A stretch of DNA of 64,000 nucleotides from Calditrichia bacterium (GTDB lineage Bacteria; Calditrichota; Calditrichia; JAJRVZ01). The notes beneath the pieces were generated by a model, which was not told the DNA's origin, searched no databases, and saw nothing but the letters and a program-made list of their open reading frames with translations. Each line of letters starts with the position of its first letter. The stretch's first letter is position 1. The DNA lies in contig CAWCNS010000007.1 of NCBI GenBank assembly GCA_963796965.1, positions 320,001 to 384,000 on the forward strand, read 5' to 3'. The position numbers and the translations under genes were made by a program. Shown here one piece after another: positions 21,093 through 31,595 of the stretch.

Positions 21093-21368
21093 TTAATAGT
21101 CGACTATAAAGTTAGTATATTTAGCTTGATAGGCGTCAAAAGTTAAATCTAATTTATTAACTCGTGAAAAACGAGGTCCATCCTTTAATATTTTCCCAAA
21201 CTGCTCAATAAGATCTCTCTCTCCCTCAACTTTCAATTCGACGCTTCCGTCTGAACAATTCCGCACAAAACCGGTCAAGCCCAGCATTTCTGCATTCCGG
21301 ACGGCAAAATAACGATATCCGACACCCTGAACCCGTCCTGATACACGAATATGAGCCGCCACTTTCAT
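21093..21368 (-). CDS. acyP: Acylphosphatase
   Basis: VSGRVQGVGYR, GFVRN..DGSVE. Confidence 0.95.
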   Translation of the reverse strand: MKVAAHIRVSGRVQGVGYRYFAVRNAEMLGLTGFVRNCSDGSVELKVEGERDLIEQFGKILKDGPRFSRVNKLDLTFDAYQAKYTNFIVDY

Positions 21369-21826
21369 TCAACTTCAATTAAGTAAGTTAACTTTTCCAT
21401 TGCTTCCTCAGGTGTATCTACTGGGTGAATATGTTCAGATACGTCCCATGACCCAATGCCAATAACCGGCTTTTTCAATTGCAATGCAAAAGAAATCTCG
21501 GATAAGGTTCCAAACCCACCGTTAACTGCAATTACGGCATCTGCAGATCGAATTATTATTAAATTGCGCCCAATTCCCATTCCGGTGGCCACAGCAATAT
21601 CCACATATGGATTAGCTTCTGTTGAACTATCACCTGGCAGAATACCAATTGTGACACCCTGTTTAGACTTTGCACCTTTACAAACAGCCTCCATTACCCC
21701 GCCAAGGCCGCCACATATTACCTTAAACCCAGACAATGCAAGTAAACCACCTAATTTTTCTGCTATTTGCCATATATTTTGATCACATTCACGGGCACCA
21801 ATCACAGCAATGGTTTTAGTATACAT
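21365..21826 (-). CDS. SLOG/LOG-like nucleotide-binding protein
   Basis: CGGLGGVMEAV, TIGILPG, TGMGIGRN, GGFGTLSEI. Confidence 0.88.
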   Translation of the reverse strand: MYTKTIAVIGARECDQNIWQIAEKLGGLLALSGFKVICGGLGGVMEAVCKGAKSKQGVTIGILPGDSSTEANPYVDIAVATGMGIGRNLIIIRSADAVIAVNGGFGTLSEISFALQLKKPVIGIGSWDVSEHIHPVDTPEEAMEKLTYLIEVE

Positions 21827-21902
21827 ATCAGAGATAATTAATATGTGTTTTATATCAATTTAATTGGAATGAAATGCTTCTTTTGAACACCTGATCTGAT
21901 TT

Positions 21903-22030
21903 TTCACGCAGCGCCGCAACGGAAAATCAGTAAAAAATACAAAAAGAGACATTATGATTATAAATTAAAGATCAAAAATATTTTGTATATATTATTATAT
22001 CTCGCTGCGGTGTAGCGTCGCTGCGTGAGA
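21903..22030. repeat. Inverted-arm intergenic repeat (tcacgcagcgccgcaacg...cgtcgctgcgtga)
   Basis: GC-rich arms flank an AT-rich spacer; same family as 7097-7330. Confidence 0.8.
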
Positions 22031-22098
22031 ATCATATTTAGAAAAATTATAAAGCAAAATGCATAGAAAAGCAATTCATGTTTTCTAAATGCAAAAGA

Positions 22099-23395
22099 TC
22101 AAGGATATATGCGTTGCATCAGACGTGGAAACGGTATCGTTTCTCGTAAATGATTAATCCCGCAAATCCAGGCAACCGTGCGCTCAATTCCTAATCCAAA
22201 TCCTGCATGAGGAACCGATCCATATTTTCTCAGATCAAGATACCACTTAAAAGCCTCTTCAGGTAGTTTATGTTCTCTAACACGCTCCAGGAGCAAATCA
22301 TAATCGTCTTCACGCTGTGATCCACCAATAATCTCGCCATATCCTTCCGGAGCCAGCACGTCCATAGCTAAGGCCTGGTCTGGGTTTTCATCATCTCTTT
22401 TCATATAAAAGGCTTTCACAGCTGCAGGATAATGATGGACAATGACCGGTCTATCGTATTTTTGAGAAATAATTGTCTCATCCGCTGCACCAAAATCACC
22501 ACCATGTTCAAAATCCACACCCGCTTCGTGAAGTATTTTGACCGCATCATCATAATGCAACCGCGGGAAAGGTGTTTTGATGGCTTCCAGTTTTGAGATA
22601 TCCCTTTCCAATTTTTCTAACTCCGGCTTTCTATTCTTTAGAACACTCTGGACAATATGTTCGAGGAATTCTTCCGCAAGCTGCATATCCCCGGCTAAAT
22701 CTAAAAAAGTCTACCTCGGGTTCGATCATCCAAAACTCAGTTAAATGGCGTCTTGTTTTGGATTTTTCAGCGCGAAAAGTAGGACCAAAACAGTAGATTT
22801 TGCCAAATGCCATTGCACCTGCTTCACCATATAGTTGCCCGGACTGTGTGAGATACGCATCTCGTCCAAAATATTCGGTGGAAAATAGTGTTGTTGTTCC
22901 TTCAGCAGCATTTGGTGTAAAAATTGGGGTATCTATCAAAACAAAATCACGCTGATCAAAAAATTCTCTTGCTGAACGGATAATCTCATGTCGTATACGC
23001 ATAATCGCATACTGCCGTGAAGATCTTAACCATAAATGACGGTGATCCATAAGGAAATCCACACCGTGCTCTTTTTTTGTGATCGGATATTCCTCGGCGA
23101 CCTGAATAACTTCCACCTCACTTACCTGAATTTCAAATCCTATGGGAGATCGATCATCTCTGGCTACTTTTCCCGTAATACGGCAAGAACTTTCTTGCTG
23201 TAATACATCGGCATTAGAAAAAGTATCTTCGGATACATCTCCTTTAAAAACAACACATTGAATTGTCTCTGATCCATCCCTGACTAATAAAAATCTAAGT
23301 TTACCGCTGGAACGTTTATTATAGATCCATCCCTGGATGATAACTTCTTCATTTTCGTATTGTGCAACATCTTTAATGTAAATCGTCTTAGCCAT
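22099..23395 (-). CDS. asnS: Asparagine--tRNA ligase (split by one extra base near 22710)
   Basis: N-half has [34 protein letters not shown]-half has [21 protein letters not shown]; removing one base restores EVAFLDL. Confidence 0.93.
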
Positions 23396-23761
23396 AATAT
23401 TTGTAAACGCTTCCTTTCCATCAATTACAATGTTTTAATAGTGACTGTCTTCTTAATCATTCCAATGCATTGTAATTTATGTATTATGCCCTCACTGTTC
23501 AATAGAGTTCAATAAAAAGTGAATTGTTATTCTCAATCGCTTATATGATCTCTCGCAGAGGCGCAAAGGCGCGGAGATCGCTAAAAAAAGACAAAAGATA
23601 AAAGATCAAAGATAAAAGATAAATGATCAAAGATAAAAATAATAATCCATGAATTTCACGAATAAAAATATAAAAGGATTGTTTGAAGAAAGTAAATTAA
23701 TATTTTATTTACATTCTTAAGAATCATTAAAAGTATAAATTTAATTAGTGGAAAAGAGTCT

Positions 23762-24772
23762 TTAGATTCTTTTTGCTTTGATGAATTCTTCAATCATGCT
23801 CACGTCATCTGCGCAGCCAATAAATAATGGTACCCGTTGATGAATTTCTTCCGGCATAATTTCCAAAATATCAATATTTCCATTACTTGCCCTGCCTCCG
23901 GCCTGCTCCACGATAAAGGCCATTGGATTGGCCTCATACATAAGTCTTAATTTTCCGTTTTCTGTCCTTGAGCTGGCCGGATATAAATATATACCACCAT
24001 AGAGTAAATTACGATGGATATCTGAAACCATAGAGCCAATATAACGCGAATTCAGCGGCCGGTTTGTCTTATCATCAGTCGCCTTTACATAGCGAATATA
24101 ATTCTTTATAACATCATCCCAGTAATCAAAATTGCTTTCATTTACACTGTAGATATGTGCTTTTTTTGGTGTTTGAATGTTCGGATGCGAGAGGACGAAT
24201 TCACCATAGCTGGGATCAAGCGTGAATCCATGTACTCCGTTTCCGGTTGTATAAACGAGCATGGTACTGGAGCCATATACCACATATCCCGCACAAAGTT
24301 GTTGTTTTCCTGGCTGGAGGCAATCCTGAAGGGTTCCGGGGCGCCCTTCCGCAGAGACACGACGATAAATAGAAAATATGGTTCCGACACTAACATTGGC
24401 GTCTATATTAGAAGAACCGTCTAAGGGATCAAACATGCAGACATATTTCCCAACCGGATATTGTTCCGGGATTGGTATAATTTCCTCCTCTTCTTCCGAG
24501 GCCATACAACATAAATTTCCCCCATGATCCAGCGATTTTATCATCGTTTCATTGGCAAATTCATCCAACTTTTTTACAACCTCACCTTGAACATTCACCT
24601 TTTCTGTCTCACCCAGAACATCGAGCAAGCCGGCTTTATTTGTATGATAAGATATCCGTTTTGCTGCAAAACAAATATCGTTCATCAAGTTGGTAAATTC
24701 ACCTGTAGCGTTTGGAAAACGGTGTTGTTCATCAATAATATGGCGGGTTAAGGTTATGATTTGGCCAGACAT
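23762..24772 (-). CDS. fbp: Fructose-1,6-bisphosphatase class 1
   Basis: NVQGE.VKKLD, FDPLDGSSNID, RYIGSMV, GKLRLMYE. Confidence 0.97.
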   Translation of the reverse strand: MSGQIITLTRHIIDEQHRFPNATGEFTNLMNDICFAAKRISYHTNKAGLLDVLGETEKVNVQGEVVKKLDEFANETMIKSLDHGGNLCCMASEEEEEIIPIPEQYPVGKYVCMFDPLDGSSNIDANVSVGTIFSIYRRVSAEGRPGTLQDCLQPGKQQLCAGYVVYGSSTMLVYTTGNGVHGFTLDPSYGEFVLSHPNIQTPKKAHIYSVNESNFDYWDDVIKNYIRYVKATDDKTNRPLNSRYIGSMVSDIHRNLLYGGIYLYPASSRTENGKLRLMYEANPMAFIVEQAGGRASNGNIDILEIMPEEIHQRVPLFIGCADDVSMIEEFIKAKRI

Positions 24773-25010
24773 TTATCCCCCTCTAAAATTTTTCTTAATC
24801 GGTATCAATTGATATTAATTGAAAATTATCTTTTATATCATTTACACGAAGGCAATACGGAATTTGGGAATCTATTTCAAACGGAGTTGTGAGAGATGCT
24901 GAAAACCTGAAAAAAGTTCACCGAAGGAGTCATTTGGACAGGCCAGGCAAATTCAGCATGACCCTGCTAATATCAGACAATTATAAATGAGGTTAAGGTT
25001 TATGTATACA

Positions 25011-25850
25011 TCATTTTGCCAATAATATTGGTTTGGCCGCGCCGCGCATTACCTCGAGTGTTGTACTCCCTAATATGGCCTCCCTGATACGGGAATGTCC
25101 GAAGCTACCCATGATCAATAATGTCGTATCCGGTGCATTAGCAGTGGCGTTTACAATTATTTTGGCCGGATCGCCGGCTTCATGCCTAAACTGCGCTTCT
25201 AAGTTATAGGGTTTCAAATAAGTGCGTGCCTCTTCAAGGGTCTCATCCCGATCCCCGGTATCATCATTTACTGTTAACACATCCAAAGGAAGTTCCAGTT
25301 TTTCTCCGAAATAGGCGGCAAGCCTGAGTCCGGCATTACTTGATTCGCTTCTATCATAGGCACAGGTAATAGAATTGAAGGGAAAAAAGGCCTTATCAAC
25401 TATCATTAGTGGAGAGTGATTTTGATGCGATACCGGCTCAAGTGTTGCACCAAGAAGGCGATCTCCCCAGCGGGCATAATCGCCCCTTGCTCCCATAATA
25501 ACCAGGTCCACTTGTCTTGAAATATCACATAGGACCTCCACGGGCGATCCCTCGATTTTATCAGCCTCGAACTTAATACCACTGCTGTTTAATTTCTTAC
25601 GCAAAGAGGTAATAAGTCCGTCTGCCCGTTCTGTATGAAATTTATAAGATTCATCATGAAATACATTTGAAGGAATAACGGGCATATAACCTTCCCCTCC
25701 GGTGTTTAATACCCACTCATATATCCGTATATCAACAACCGTATAAACACGCAAGAAGGCATTTAGCTTCTTTGCGAGATCAATGCCATAACTTACCACA
25801 GAATCGGTATAGATTGATCCGTCAACTGCTAATAAAATGGATTTTATCAT
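25011..25850 (-). CDS. Tandem-domain universal stress protein
   Basis: ILLAVDGS, DLVIMGARG, IMGSFGHSRIREAILGSTT. Confidence 0.92.
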   Translation of the reverse strand: MIKSILLAVDGSIYTDSVVSYGIDLAKKLNAFLRVYTVVDIRIYEWVLNTGGEGYMPVIPSNVFHDESYKFHTERADGLITSLRKKLNSSGIKFEADKIEGSPVEVLCDISRQVDLVIMGARGDYARWGDRLLGATLEPVSHQNHSPLMIVDKAFFPFNSITCAYDRSESSNAGLRLAAYFGEKLELPLDVLTVNDDTGDRDETLEEARTYLKPYNLEAQFRHEAGDPAKIIVNATANAPDTTLLIMGSFGHSRIREAILGSTTLEVMRGAAKPILLAK

Positions 25851-26134
25851 ACCTCCTCCTTGTTATTTTATAGGAAGTGTAAAAAATAACCACCCGTACC
25901 AGCTCCGACGTTGCCGGATCTCAACGGGGCAGTCAGAGTACACTGAGTAATTTATTAATTTTATTTACTTTAACAATGATTATAATTACCCCCGCTCTGT
26001 GGACTCTTATAATATGACCCTCCTTATTCCTTCTTTTAATTTGTCCACATTAAAATTGATCAACAGTTCAAATAATAATCATCAGAAATCACAAAATATT
26101 TTTCTTTGTCTTTTTTCTTTGTCCTATTTTTTTC

Positions 26135-27136
26135 TTAGCCCCAGTCCTCGATTTTAGCATCTCTGGTCATCAAGTCTCTCATGGCTTCCACAGGAGGCTT
26201 GTCTTCAAATAAAGCCATGTAAACCTGCTCAGTTATCGGCATTTCAATCTTTTCACGCAGAGATAATTCGTGCGCCGATGCGGTTGTTTTTACACCCTCG
26301 GCAACCATTACCATTTCCTCAAGCACTACTTGAAGTTTTCTTCCTTTTCCTATCTGTTCTCCAACATAACGGTTTCGTGAATGTTGACTTGTACACGTAA
26401 CGATCAAGTCTCCCATTCCCGACAATCCGGCAAATGTATCCGGATTCGCTCCCAATTTCACACCTATTCTATTAATTTCTGCCAATCCCCGGGTGATAAG
26501 TGCTGCCTTCGTGTTATCACCAAATCCAGCCCCATCGCAAATACCTGCAGCAACCGCTATAATATTTTTTAATGCCCCTCCTAATTCAACACCGGTGATA
26601 TCAAGATTGGCATAAACACGTAAATAGTCTGTCATGAAAAGATCCTGAACTAATGTGGCTGTACCTCTATCAATACTGGCTGAAACGATAGCTGAAGGGA
26701 TCTTTCGACTTACCTCTTCTGCATGGGTTGGGCCAAAAAGAACAGCAATTTTATGAGGAGAAATATTTCCGGCTTCAGCAATAACCTCAGATACGCGTAA
26801 AAGGGTGTTATTTTCAATCCCTTTTGCCACATTCACCCAAATGAGATCTTGATTTTTATCTGGATCTAAGGCCTTTACAACCGATCTAACAGCATGTGAT
26901 GGTACCGCAACTACCACAACCTCTGCTCCGTTCATGCTATCAACCAAATCGTTCGTAAATTTTATTTCTTTTGGAAGAATTATACCCGGTAGGAATTTTT
27001 TGTTTTCTGCTGAGGCATTTATCGATTCAACATCTTTTTTATCAAAGGACCAACAGGTGACCTGATGTTGGTTTTGATTTAAAATTATTGCCAGGGTAGT
27101 TCCCCAACTGCCGGCACCCAAAATCGTTACATTCAC
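26135..27136 (-). CDS. gpsA: Glycerol-3-phosphate dehydrogenase [NAD(P)+]
   Basis: LGAGSWGT, AKGIE, GGALKN, GMGDLIVTC.S.HSRN. Confidence 0.97.
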   Translation of the reverse strand: MNVTILGAGSWGTTLAIILNQNQHQVTCWSFDKKDVESINASAENKKFLPGIILPKEIKFTNDLVDSMNGAEVVVVAVPSHAVRSVVKALDPDKNQDLIWVNVAKGIENNTLLRVSEVIAEAGNISPHKIAVLFGPTHAEEVSRKIPSAIVSASIDRGTATLVQDLFMTDYLRVYANLDITGVELGGALKNIIAVAAGICDGAGFGDNTKAALITRGLAEINRIGVKLGANPDTFAGLSGMGDLIVTCTSQHSRNRYVGEQIGKGRKLQVVLEEMVMVAEGVKTTASAHELSLREKIEMPITEQVYMALFEDKPPVEAMRDLMTRDAKIEDWG

Positions 27137-27774
27137 TTATCATCACCTTTTTTGAAATTAATCTTATTTTCCGTTCCGGCAGCTAACCGGCTGATATTTT
27201 CACGGTGTGTGACAACAATTAGAATCGCCAGTATAACACCAATCAGAATATGAGGCATGGGTACCTGCCGATCTAATCCATATTTTTGTAATAAAAGAAT
27301 AATAGGCAGCATTACCGCCGCGGTAATCGAACCAAGAGAGACAAAATGAGTGCGATAGACAATGCCAATAAAAACCAGCAAACAAATAAGGACCGGGATT
27401 GGTTGCAGGCCAAGGAATACGCCTGCAGCGGTTCCCACGCCCTTTCCGCCCCTAAATTTGGCAAATACAGTCCAAATATGCCCGCAAATAGCTGAAAGGC
27501 CGGCAAGAATTTGATAAACGGCAAATGTTTCAGGATCCTGGACATCAGGTATGATCATGACAACCCAATAAACGGCAGCAAAACCTTTAAACATATCTAA
27601 TAATAGAACGATCAAGCCTGTCTTCCAGCCTAAAACCCGCAGAACATTTGTAGCGCCAGCATTGCCGCTCCCATGCTCACGTATGTCGATATTCTTTTGG
27701 AGTCTACCGGCAATTAAAGCCGTAGGTATCGATCCGATCAGGTAGCTAAGAATGAGAACAAGGATAATTTCCAA
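27133..27774 (-). CDS. plsY: Glycerol-3-phosphate acyltransferase PlsY
   Basis: YLIGSIP, GSGNAGATN, GH...F.GGKGV, HRENI. Confidence 0.96.
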   Translation of the reverse strand: MEIILVLILSYLIGSIPTALIAGRLQKNIDIREHGSGNAGATNVLRVLGWKTGLIVLLLDMFKGFAAVYWVVMIIPDVQDPETFAVYQILAGLSAICGHIWTVFAKFRGGKGVGTAAGVFLGLQPIPVLICLLVFIGIVYRTHFVSLGSITAAVMLPIILLLQKYGLDRQVPMPHILIGVILAILIVVTHRENISRLAAGTENKINFKKGDDK

Positions 27775-27879
27775 GTCTATAACCCCTTTTTAATTAGAAT
27801 AGATGCAGATACAAGATATTAGATTCAATGATGCAGGTGTGTTTATAATATAGTAAAATATAAGCACTAATATCTCCCA

Positions 27880-27982
27880 AAAAAAGGGAAAAGGTAAAGG
27901 ATCAAAACCGCAATTACAAATTACGAATTACGAATTACAAATTTTTAGGATCTTTCCCTTTTACCTTTTACCTTTGGCCTTC
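27880..27982. repeat. Nested heptamer repeats: aaaggt-type inverted arms enclosing an (aattacr)n array
   Basis: aaaagggaaaaggtaaaggatc...gatctttcccttttaccttttacctttgg with aattacaaattacgaattacgaattacaaatt inside. Confidence 0.8.
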
Positions 27983-29839
27983 TAATGCAATTTCTCTAAC
28001 TGAGACATCATCTACATAGAAGACCGCCGTGGGCACCGGGTCATCTCCATCCTCCAGGGGTTCATAGGGATCTTGATTTGGCGTATTCCGGTTGGGAAGA
28101 TCACGATAGGCCCCTGTCCGGAATGAAATCCGCTCAACTGATTTCACTGATTCTGAAAACTGTGCCTTATCTAAAACAGATTTACCATCAACGAGCAAAC
28201 TATAGGTACCATAGTTGGCGGTATTCATGATAATTTTAATTTTATGCCATTTATCTAACCCATAAGATTGAAGAACAACCTTCTTATTACCATTATTTGC
28301 TTTTATTTTCCCATCTTTGTCAAAACAAATTCGCACTGGTCTGTTGCCAAATCGATCCGTAATATCAATTTCAATCCGTTCTGTATAAGAATTTTCAGTT
28401 AAAATGCTGAATGTAAGTGCCAAATTTTTCGATTCTTTAAAGACACGAATAGCCCTGGCATAGTCATAACGATCTTTATCTTTTAGTTGGAGGCATTTGT
28501 TCTTTGAGGCGGCAAATTCCACCACATTTACCGGCGCCCACTTTGGGGCATAAATATTCCACTCATCGATATTCTCTCCAACTTTCATCGTTTCAAAATC
28601 ATCATTCACATCAGATTCCACTTTATATCTGATTGGAACCGGTATTCGACTTACCCAAATATCTTCTTTGTTCATACTATAAGTAAGCCACATATCGTTT
28701 CCCGGTGGATTTCCATTGCCTTCAACAATCCCACGGACATAACAGGGACCAAAATCTTTCCATCGTCCATAAAATCGTCTTGGGGGAACCTCACCTTGCA
28801 CAATAAGCATATCATCAAAGATAATACCGTCATCCCCGCTAATGACGATCAAGGGGTAGCGGTGCTCATCCAATTCAATGGGATTGTAAGACATAGCAAA
28901 CCGATTATCATCTGTACGTTGTCCCCATACTTTACCCCCGGCCATTCGTAAAGTTGGCACCCTGACTGGATTGGAAAAATTTGCTCCACCGTCAAAAGAC
29001 AAGGCGCAGGCCGATCGCTTATATAAAGCGACAACATTACCATCCTTCCGATGGAAGTAAGAAAGGGCTTCACGGGCTTTTTTATTGTTAAAAAATCCAT
29101 CCAGGCCACGATCCTCGTCCCACCACTGGGCCGTTATAAGAGGATCGGCGAGCAAAGCATCACAAGCCTTAATAAATTCTTTATCAGAAGACTTATTATA
29201 ACTCGGGTAGGAAGTGTTTACTTCATTCCAATTGGCATGACTGGTATATCGGATAAAATAAATCGGCCCAAAGGAACCATCTTTGTAGGCCTCACGCACG
29301 ACTCGCCCAATACCCCCAACGGTGAATGGGTCTTCTGCGTGACCGTAAAAAGCAAGCACCAGTAATTTACCAGAAGGTGTAACATAAAATCCCATCCGTT
29401 GATGCATCATATAGCCACTATAGCCCTCTGGTATCTTTACGCCATCCGGAGTTTTATATGGCGGGAATATAATGACCGGTTTCGTCCAATTTCTTCCGTC
29501 TTTTGATGTTGTGATTAAGGTTTGTCCCGGAGCGATATGTTCATCCACCGGATTACTGAGGTATTGCTGATAAAAGGTATTATTCCAGTAGCATAAGTTG
29601 GACGCATGGCTATAAGTCCAGCCATTGCCATCAACTAATTCAGGGTGTGTCCGGTTAACGCGAACGGTTTGCCGGCTTTCAACACCGATAGCATAGCGAA
29701 GTCCCCCATCATGCACTCTGGGATCAATGTTAGTACCCCCAACATAACGTACCGGTTCATTTATGCTGCCCGTCTGACTATAACCTGTTTGTAAAGAAAT
29801 AAAATAAAATATAGCACAAAAGAAAAAAATCGTTTTCAT
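27968..29839 (-). CDS. Exported glycosidase resembling the GH143 (BT1020 N-terminal, Dha hydrolase) domain
   Basis: Signal peptide; HDGGL..., GWTYSH..., YLSNPVDEH, MHQRMGFY, Asp-box-like SKDGRNW; family assignment from memory of the BT1020 sequence. Confidence 0.7.
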   Translation of the reverse strand: MKTIFFFCAIFYFISLQTGYSQTGSINEPVRYVGGTNIDPRVHDGGLRYAIGVESRQTVRVNRTHPELVDGNGWTYSHASNLCYWNNTFYQQYLSNPVDEHIAPGQTLITTSKDGRNWTKPVIIFPPYKTPDGVKIPEGYSGYMMHQRMGFYVTPSGKLLVLAFYGHAEDPFTVGGIGRVVREAYKDGSFGPIYFIRYTSHANWNEVNTSYPSYNKSSDKEFIKACDALLADPLITAQWWDEDRGLDGFFNNKKAREALSYFHRKDGNVVALYKRSACALSFDGGANFSNPVRVPTLRMAGGKVWGQRTDDNRFAMSYNPIELDEHRYPLIVISGDDGIIFDDMLIVQGEVPPRRFYGRWKDFGPCYVRGIVEGNGNPPGNDMWLTYSMNKEDIWVSRIPVPIRYKVESDVNDDFETMKVGENIDEWNIYAPKWAPVNVVEFAASKNKCLQLKDKDRYDYARAIRVFKESKNLALTFSILTENSYTERIEIDITDRFGNRPVRICFDKDGKIKANNGNKKVVLQSYGLDKWHKIKIIMNTANYGTYSLLVDGKSVLDKAQFSESVKSVERISFRTGAYRDLPNRNTPNQDPYEPLEDGDDPVPTAVFYVDDVSVREIALEGQR

Positions 29840-30031
29840 AATTGCCCCTATTATTCAAATCATAATGTCATAAAGAGGATAATTTCTATTATATAAGTCT
29901 TTTTTAATGCAGAGTTTTATGAGCATGACGCAGAGCGCACGGAGCATAGTATGATATGTCCTTATTCAAAGTTTTTTCTCCTTACGCTTTGATTGAGGCT
30001 CTGTGTAACTTTGCGAACTCAGCGATTAATA

Positions 30032-30944
30032 TTAGCTGAATATTTCACTTAAATATCGTATAAATTCCGGTGTGTGGCAATATGAATCAAACATTTCTAT
30101 ACCCAATAGTGGTTTAGAAGATGAAGGCAAAGTGCTTATCGGGTTAATATCCCGATTAAATAGATAATTTTCCCTATCACCATCGGACTTATTTATAATA
30201 TAGCGCTGTACAGTTACATCCTGCGTTGATAACTTTGTTTTTATATCAACTGATTCAGCAAAAGAAAGTTCATCGTTGTTCAGAATCACACATACACGTG
30301 TTTGGTTTTTATGTTTAAAATAACTATCCAGTTTTTCATGTTCTTTTTGTAGTTGAAGCAGATGATCAAGAGTTTTATCATGAGAAGATTTTTTTTTACC
30401 TGCTTTTACCGTCTCAATAATGTTCTTTTTCTCCAGAATTTGTCTGCGAATCTGAATAAGTTTTTCTAACCACACAAGCGATAATCCGGGGAGGTTAAAA
30501 AAGCGTAATGCCAACGCCGTTGGGGGCATATCAAATATAAGATAATCAAAGTCTTCATATTTTTTGAGTATTGATTGATACGCAAATATCAGGGCATATT
30601 CTTCCATGCCAGGCGAATATTTAATAATTTCCAAATGTTTTTCCAGACCTAATGAAGTTAGGTATTGGTAGGATTGAGATACTTGATTTTCAATTGTCTC
30701 TAAATATTTTTTAATCCATGCGTCAATATCGATCTCCTCAAGATATAAATTATCATTAATTGCTATGCTTTCTTTAGATGTTGATATCTTAAATGCATCG
30801 AAGAGATTATGAGCAGGATCAAGAGAAACGAGAACAACCTTTTTGTTTTTACCTGCCATGGCAAGGGCCGTAAGGGCTGATATAGTGGTTTTCCCTGTTC
30901 CTCCCTTACCTAGTAAAAAAGAATTTTTTATTTTTTCCAGACAT
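30032..30944 (-). CDS. ArsA/Get3-family single-domain ATPase (one extra base near 30911)
   Basis: GKGGTGKTT P-loop lies upstream of the ORF-track start; SLDPAHNL, PGMEE, FDMPPT; ATG at 30944 is in frame after removing one base (FFTGKGG). Confidence 0.88.
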
Positions 30945-30945
30945 T

Positions 30946-31236
30946 CTATCCGATATCCAGATTTGAGAAAAGAACAGATACAGGACCGGAGGCCATATCA
31001 ACTTTGTTGATCATGGCGATGAGTTCATCTTCCATATGGGGCAATAACTCCAGCGTTAATTGAACCGGTGCGGTTGGGATACCAACGAAGGATCCAAAAA
31101 CCAGAAGTGTAAATATATTTTCGAGTTCGGATTTTTCCCACTCTACCATATCCACTGCCTGATGGCGTGTTGCGGTTTTAATGAGATTTAGTTTTTTATT
31201 GAATGATTTAACTATTTTTGAAATATAATTGGTCAT
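30946..31236 (-). CDS. Conserved small protein between cstA and the ArsA-like ATPase
   Basis: 96 aa, ELENIFTLLVFGSFVGIPTAP hydrophobic core; translationally coupled to the ATPase. Confidence 0.75.
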   Translation of the reverse strand: MTNYISKIVKSFNKKLNLIKTATRHQAVDMVEWEKSELENIFTLLVFGSFVGIPTAPVQLTLELLPHMEDELIAMINKVDMASGPVSVLFSNLDIG

Positions 31237-31260
31237 ATAATTAATAGTTTAAAAAAAATT

Positions 31261-31505
31261 ATTCACGCAGCGACGCAACGCCGCAGCGCTCATAAGACAA
31301 AAGGAAAAAGACAAAATGATATACGAATACTTCTTAAATCATTTATCTTTGAACTTTAATTTTCAGAAATTATTATTGCTGTCATCCCATCCCGGAACGG
31401 GATCGCGTCTCGGGAAAAGGATCTTCCTTCTTGTCGATTCAAATCCTGCATGAAGAAAGATTCTTGAGATAAGATATATATAATAAATAATTTGTGAAAT
31501 TCGTA
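31261..31505 (+). repeat. Composite repeat of about 240 bp, copy 1 (MITE-like)
   Basis: Reverse complement of 35077-35314, about 14 differences over the roughly 185-nt core. Confidence 0.92.
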
Positions 31506-31595
31506 TGAATTAGTGTAATTAGTGGATACTCTTTCTCTGTGTCTTTGCGCCTCTGCGAGAGAAATCAATATCCCAATATCCTCAATCTATTTTCT

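Noticed and set aside
22690..22720. Programmed frameshift in asnS
   Set aside because: One inserted base explains it, no such recoding is known to me for asnS, and many similar indels occur nearby.
30032..30944. Arsenic resistance operon
   Set aside because: No arsB/acr3, arsC, arsD or arsR; the ATPase is single-domain and linked to cstA.
30946..31236. Selenoprotein or CC-terminal partner of CstA
   Set aside because: The protein has no Cys and ends at TAG; there is no in-frame TGA read-through.
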